A stretch of DNA of 64,000 bases, from the NCBI GenBank assembly GCA_963814375.1, contig CAWFCQ010000008.1, positions 32,001 through 96,000 on the forward strand. The letters run 5' to 3'. Position 1 is the stretch's first letter, and each line of letters opens with the position of its first letter. A model generated the notes under the pieces. It searched no databases, was not told the origin of the DNA, and was given only the letters and a program-made list of their open reading frames with translations. The translations under genes were made by a program, and so were the position numbers. Origin of the DNA: an uncultured Chloroflexia bacterium (lineage in GTDB: Bacteria > Chloroflexota > Limnocylindria > QHBO01). Below, in pieces: positions 60,416-64,000 of this stretch.

Positions 60416-60815
60416 CTCCCGAATCGTTGGACGTTGTCGGCCTTCACCCGATCGCCGAGGAGCCTGAGCACGTCGTCTGGTGCGAGGAGCCCTTATCGAT
60501 CCTGTCTCATGCGTCTCTTGCGATGTACTCCGTGTACGCGGCTGAGACACATCAGACATTTCGCCAGGAATCCGGTATGCGGTACCAAATTCGCCATTCG
60601 CAGGCCCGATCCACGCTCGGATCGGGCCCTTTCGCTGTCAGCTGACCGCGGAGTGGTCCCTGTCCGGTTCCAACGGCCCAGGCGAACGCCGCGTCTCTTC
60701 CTGATCGAGCCACAGCATCGGGAATTCGATGCCGCACGTGCGGCGGGATCGAGCGTCTCGGGCGCCGCGTAGCCGAGGATCGCGTCGGAGCCGGCCCATT
60801 GCCCCGACCTGCGTC

Positions 60816-60865
60816 GTCGGCGTTGCATAGAGGGGAGATAGAGCCGGCGTCGACGCCGCGTCGAT
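60816..60865 (+). promoter_or_regulatory. five 11-bp-phased hexamers, putative SARP binding array
   Basis: GTCGGC(60816), ATAGAG(60827), ATAGAG(60838), GTCGAC(60849), GTCGAT(60860). Confidence 0.5.
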
Positions 60866-60938
60866 CGCCCTCCTGGATGGTTCCCCTGCCAGCGCGCCGC
60901 AGACGCGGCAGCGAGAGGCCAGATCAAGGAGCAAGATC

Positions 60939-61250
60939 GTGGCAACGCAGGTCACAGCAACCACCCCTCTCACCCGGCCCGCACCCCGTCTCGGCGCCTT
61001 CGAGGGCGCAATTCTCGCCGTCATTGCGGTGGCGGTCATCGGCGTAGGCGTTTGGAGCCAGGCGGGTTCCATCCGTGACGCGACCACCGACAGCCCCGCG
61101 TACGGCGTGGGCTACCCGCTTCACGGCGGCCTAGCTGGACCGAGCCGCGTCGGTCAGCTGTCGACGGTCGACCTGGCCGCTCCCTACGGGGCCGGCTACC
61201 CGCTCCACGGCGGTCTCGCCGGTCCGAGCCGCGTCGACAGCGGGGACTGA
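60939..61250 (+). CDS. small membrane-anchored protein with two YGxGYPLHGGLAGPSRV repeats
   Basis: AAGGAG RBS, GTG start, one TM helix, repeats at 61101-61151 and 61185-61235 differing mainly at synonymous sites. Confidence 0.85.
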   Translation: MATQVTATTPLTRPAPRLGAFEGAILAVIAVAVIGVGVWSQAGSIRDATTDSPAYGVGYPLHGGLAGPSRVGQLSTVDLAAPYGAGYPLHGGLAGPSRVDSGD

Positions 61251-61278
61251 GCTCCGGCACGCCTCCGACGAGCCACTC

Positions 61279-61303
61279 GACGGCGGCCGATGTGGCCGCC
61301 GTC
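61279..61303 (+). terminator. stem-loop after the repeat-protein gene
   Basis: GACGGCGGCC-GATGT-GGCCGCCGTC, 10-bp stem. Confidence 0.6.
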
Positions 61304-61346
61304 AATCCTTGACCCATCCTTGGGGCCTGCGGCATCGTGGGGCGGA

Positions 61347-63191
61347 ATGGAGGAGAACTTGCAGTTCAGGATCCTTGGCTCGCTATCCGTCGTCGGCAAC
61401 GGGAAAGTCGCTGCGCTCGGCCCACCAAAGCAGCGCGCGCTCCTCGCAATCCTGCTGACCCGCATCGGCGAGGCCGTGCCAGTGGAGCGGCTCATCGAGC
61501 TGCTGTGGGGCGCTGCCGCTCCACGCACCGCGGACCACTCGATCCAGATCTACGTATCGGACCTCCGCCGCGCGTTCGAGCCGTTGGGCGGATCGGACCT
61601 GCTCGTGACGCGGCAGCCCGGGTATGTCCTCGACGTGGACCCGGACTCGGTCGACGCGTGGAGGTTCGAACGCCTCGTGAAGGAAGGGACGCGGCTCCTC
61701 GAGGACGGCGACCAAGATGCAGGCCGCTCGATGATTCGCGAGGCGCTCGGCCTGTGGAGCGGTCCGCCACTGTCGGACTTTCCGTACGAGGAGTTCGCCC
61801 AGCCTGTCGCCCGGCGGCTGACCGAGGAACGCCTGACCGCCGTGGAGGCGTACGCGGCGGCCAGCCTCGAGGCCGGAAGGGTCACGGAAGCACTGGACCT
61901 GCTGACGGCGGCGGCACAGGACGATCCCCTCAGAGAGCGAGCACGGGAGCTGCTGATGCTTGCGCTCTACCGATCCGGCCGTCACGCGGATGCCCTGCGG
62001 TCCTTCCACGCCCTGCGGACGCAGCTTACCGATGAGTTCGGAGTCGATCCGTCGCCGAGCATCCGGGCGTTGTACGACCGGATCCTTGCGCACGACCCGT
62101 CGCTCGGGAAGGGCTCGGGCGCCACAGCCAGCGTTCGCGTGACGTTGGCATGCGAGGGCGCGGGGGTCGGGGGGGACCGCCTCGGAGTTGAGCGGGGCTT
62201 CGACCGGGCAGTGAGCGACTTCTCGCTGGTGCCCAGAAAAGAGAACGTGGAACTCTCAGCTTCGTACCGAGATTGGTCGGTCGTCCTCCGAGACCTGTCC
62301 CAACAGCCGCCGGCACTCATCGTCTCCCTCAACTTCCTCACGATCGATGCCCTTGCCCGCGAGCACCCTGGCACGCACTACCTGGTCTTCGACCACGTCG
62401 GCGCGGCGTCGAACGTGTCCTATGTCCACTTCCACGAGCACGAGGCCTCATTCCTGGCGGGCGCGGCGGCGGCGCTCACGTCGCAGACCGGGATCGTTGG
62501 ATTCATCGGCGGCTGGGATGCGATTCCGATCTGGGGATTCCTGGCCGGGTACGAGGCGGGCGTGCGTGCCACGAATGCTGGCGCCCGCATCCTCACGGGG
62601 TACGCCGGCGAGTGGCCCGACCCCCAGGGATTCGTCGACCTGGATCGGAATGAGGAGCTCGCACGGCAGATGTTCGCGGACGGTGCCGACGTCATCGTCG
62701 CGGCATCGGGCCCTGCGGGCATGGGGGTCGTCAGCGCAGCGGCCGCCCTGTCGGGCTCGATGGACCGCCGACTTTGGGTCATCGGTGTCGACACGGACTG
62801 GTACGAGGATCTCAGCCACAACCTGGGGATCATCAGCCCGCGCGTTTGGCGTTCGCACGTCCTGACCTCAGTCCGCAAGCGGTTCGACCTGGCCGTCTAC
62901 GAAGCCCTGCAGACCGTGGCTTCGGGCGACCGGCTTCCGCCCGTCAAGGCTTACGACCTGCGGTCGGGCTTCGTGGACATCTCGTATGAGGGTGGCTTCC
63001 TCGACGACGTCCGTCCGCTCATCGAGGATCAACGGCGGCGCATCGTCAGCGGGCAGCTGCGAGTCCCGTGCCTCCCAACCGATCATGTAGAGGTCGCCCG
63101 CTCCCGCCTCGAACAGATCGGGGTAACGATGGACGACTGGCTCGAACAGGGATGCCCGCCCTGGCGGATATCGACCGGTGACCTGCTCTAG
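61347..63191 (+). CDS. SARP-type activator (OmpR-like wHTH + BTAD) fused to a BMP-family ligand-binding domain
   Basis: FRILGSL, KQRALLAILL, LIELLWG, ALGLWSGPPL, PLRE..LMLALYRSGR.ADAL, GVDPS; then EASFLAGAAAALTSQTG.VGFIGG, GADVI, WVIGVDTD, LTSVRKRFD; start may be TTG 61359. Confidence 0.9.
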   Translation: MEENLQFRILGSLSVVGNGKVAALGPPKQRALLAILLTRIGEAVPVERLIELLWGAAAPRTADHSIQIYVSDLRRAFEPLGGSDLLVTRQPGYVLDVDPDSVDAWRFERLVKEGTRLLEDGDQDAGRSMIREALGLWSGPPLSDFPYEEFAQPVARRLTEERLTAVEAYAAASLEAGRVTEALDLLTAAAQDDPLRERARELLMLALYRSGRHADALRSFHALRTQLTDEFGVDPSPSIRALYDRILAHDPSLGKGSGATASVRVTLACEGAGVGGDRLGVERGFDRAVSDFSLVPRKENVELSASYRDWSVVLRDLSQQPPALIVSLNFLTIDALAREHPGTHYLVFDHVGAASNVSYVHFHEHEASFLAGAAAALTSQTGIVGFIGGWDAIPIWGFLAGYEAGVRATNAGARILTGYAGEWPDPQGFVDLDRNEELARQMFADGADVIVAASGPAGMGVVSAAAALSGSMDRRLWVIGVDTDWYEDLSHNLGIISPRVWRSHVLTSVRKRFDLAVYEALQTVASGDRLPPVKAYDLRSGFVDISYEGGFLDDVRPLIEDQRRRIVSGQLRVPCLPTDHVEVARSRLEQIGVTMDDWLEQGCPPWRISTGDLL

Positions 63192-63335
63192 CAGGCTGGG
63201 TAGCGATCCCTTCGAGTTCCTCGAACCAAGTTATGGAGCCCCTCATCAGGGCCGTCTCGGTGATATGCGGGACGCCCGTGTTCGAGCCCTTACGCCGGCG
63301 CCCGACACTGAAGCGTGACCACGTTCAGGGTTGGG

Positions 63336-64000
63336 TTATCGGCCATGTCGCGACGCGCCACGGCTCCGCTGTCGACGGGCGATGGTCACGCCGGTGGCAC
63401 CGATCGTGATCATGGCCGTGAGCAGCACCGCAACCCACAGGATTGGCGGATCGCCGGACGGTGAAGACCCTTGTGCCCCGCTCTCAGCGGCGGTATCCGG
63501 TAGGGCGCCACCAGCACCGCCACCAGCACCGCCACCGGCAGCGCCACCGCCCGTGATGAATTCGATGGTCTCCGGGTCGTTGTCGCAGCCTGGCGGTGCC
63601 GGCTCAGCCGACAGGATCACGGCCGTGACCACGTCCCCGGCAGGCAGGGTCGCGCATGCGGTCATGGTGTTCACATGCGGCGGGAACACCTGTTCGGGAT
63701 CGCCGTTCGGGGCTACGTCACTCGCGACGAAGAAGGTCTCCTCGAACATGCACGAGCTGCCCGGCGGGAGGACCGTGCCCACTTGGCAGTCGGCATTGCC
63801 GGAGAGCGCGCCAAAGACGTCGTCCTCCAGCGAAGTGATCTCGACCGGCACCTCCGACGTGTTGGTCACCGTGAACGTGAAGGTCACGTCCTGACCCGCG
63901 GGCGGGATGAGCTGATCGTCCGCGACCTTGACGACCTCAAGGCTGATGAACACGTTCACGATCGTGCACGTGAGATCTTCAGCCGGTCCCACAGTGACGG
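63336..64000 (-). CDS. 3' part of a cell-surface protein with a DUF11-like Ig domain and an LPDTA sortase-type sorting signal (starts beyond the window)
   Basis: VTFTFTVTNT, Gly linker, LPDTA, hydrophobic helix, RRQRSR tail. Confidence 0.8.
   Translation of the reverse strand, partial: VTVGPAEDLTCTIVNVFISLEVVKVADDQLIPPAGQDVTFTFTVTNTSEVPVEITSLEDDVFGALSGNADCQVGTVLPPGSSCMFEETFFVASDVAPNGDPEQVFPPHVNTMTACATLPAGDVVTAVILSAEPAPPGCDNDPETIEFITGGGAAGGGAGGGAGGALPDTAAESGAQGSSPSGDPPILWVAVLLTAMITIGATGVTIARRQRSRGASRHGR

Larger units (their letters stand above)
57983..60637. mobile_element. 2.6-kb genomic islet at tRNA-Glu, bounded by a duplicated tRNA 3' end
   Basis: GAATCCGGTATGCGGTACCA at 57983-58002 and 60568-60587; the downstream hairpin is also duplicated (34/37 nt); no integrase. 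Confidence 0.7.

Noticed and set aside
60493-60548. TGTCTCA...TGAGACA inverted repeat near the islet end
   Set aside because: A single 7-bp arm pair; insufficient evidence for a function
60568-60587. A second tRNA gene
   Set aside because: Only the last 20 nt match; no D or anticodon arm upstream

Overview
A very GC-rich (roughly 70% by eye), gene-dense bacterial window. Gene content and the pervasive leaderless promoters suggest Chloroflexota/Limnocylindria-like or actinobacteria-like origin (inference, not verified). It holds about 57 CDSs: PAC2, a class III cyclase-STAND-TPR protein, RhlE, GNAT, MerR, VWA, an LLM/DppA/flavin reductase group, a polyamine ABC operon with catabolic genes, a ROK-regulated sugar ABC operon, acyl-CoA dehydrogenase, a CADD-like oxidase, acetoacetate-CoA ligase, a 13-kb MoxR/DUF58/BatA-VWA/ABC operon, a histidine kinase, QueG, DUF1015, tRNA-Glu(CTC) with a 2.6-kb att-flanked islet, and a sortase-type surface protein cut by the window edge. 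Five genes are broken by single-base insertions, probably assembly errors. The most interesting items are: (1) a membrane-anchored protein with two YGxGYPLHGGLAGPSRV repeats, preceded by 11-bp-phased SARP-type boxes and followed by a SARP/BTAD activator fused to a BMP ligand-binding domain; (2) a dispersed ~150-bp intergenic element made of three TTACC-N6-GGTAA palindromes, present twice in inverted orientation, with architecturally similar arrays elsewhere; (3) an unannotated 43-aa basic ORF with its own putative promoter, RBS and terminator; (4) a TipA-like internal start in a MerR gene. No CRISPR array, integrase or transposase was found.
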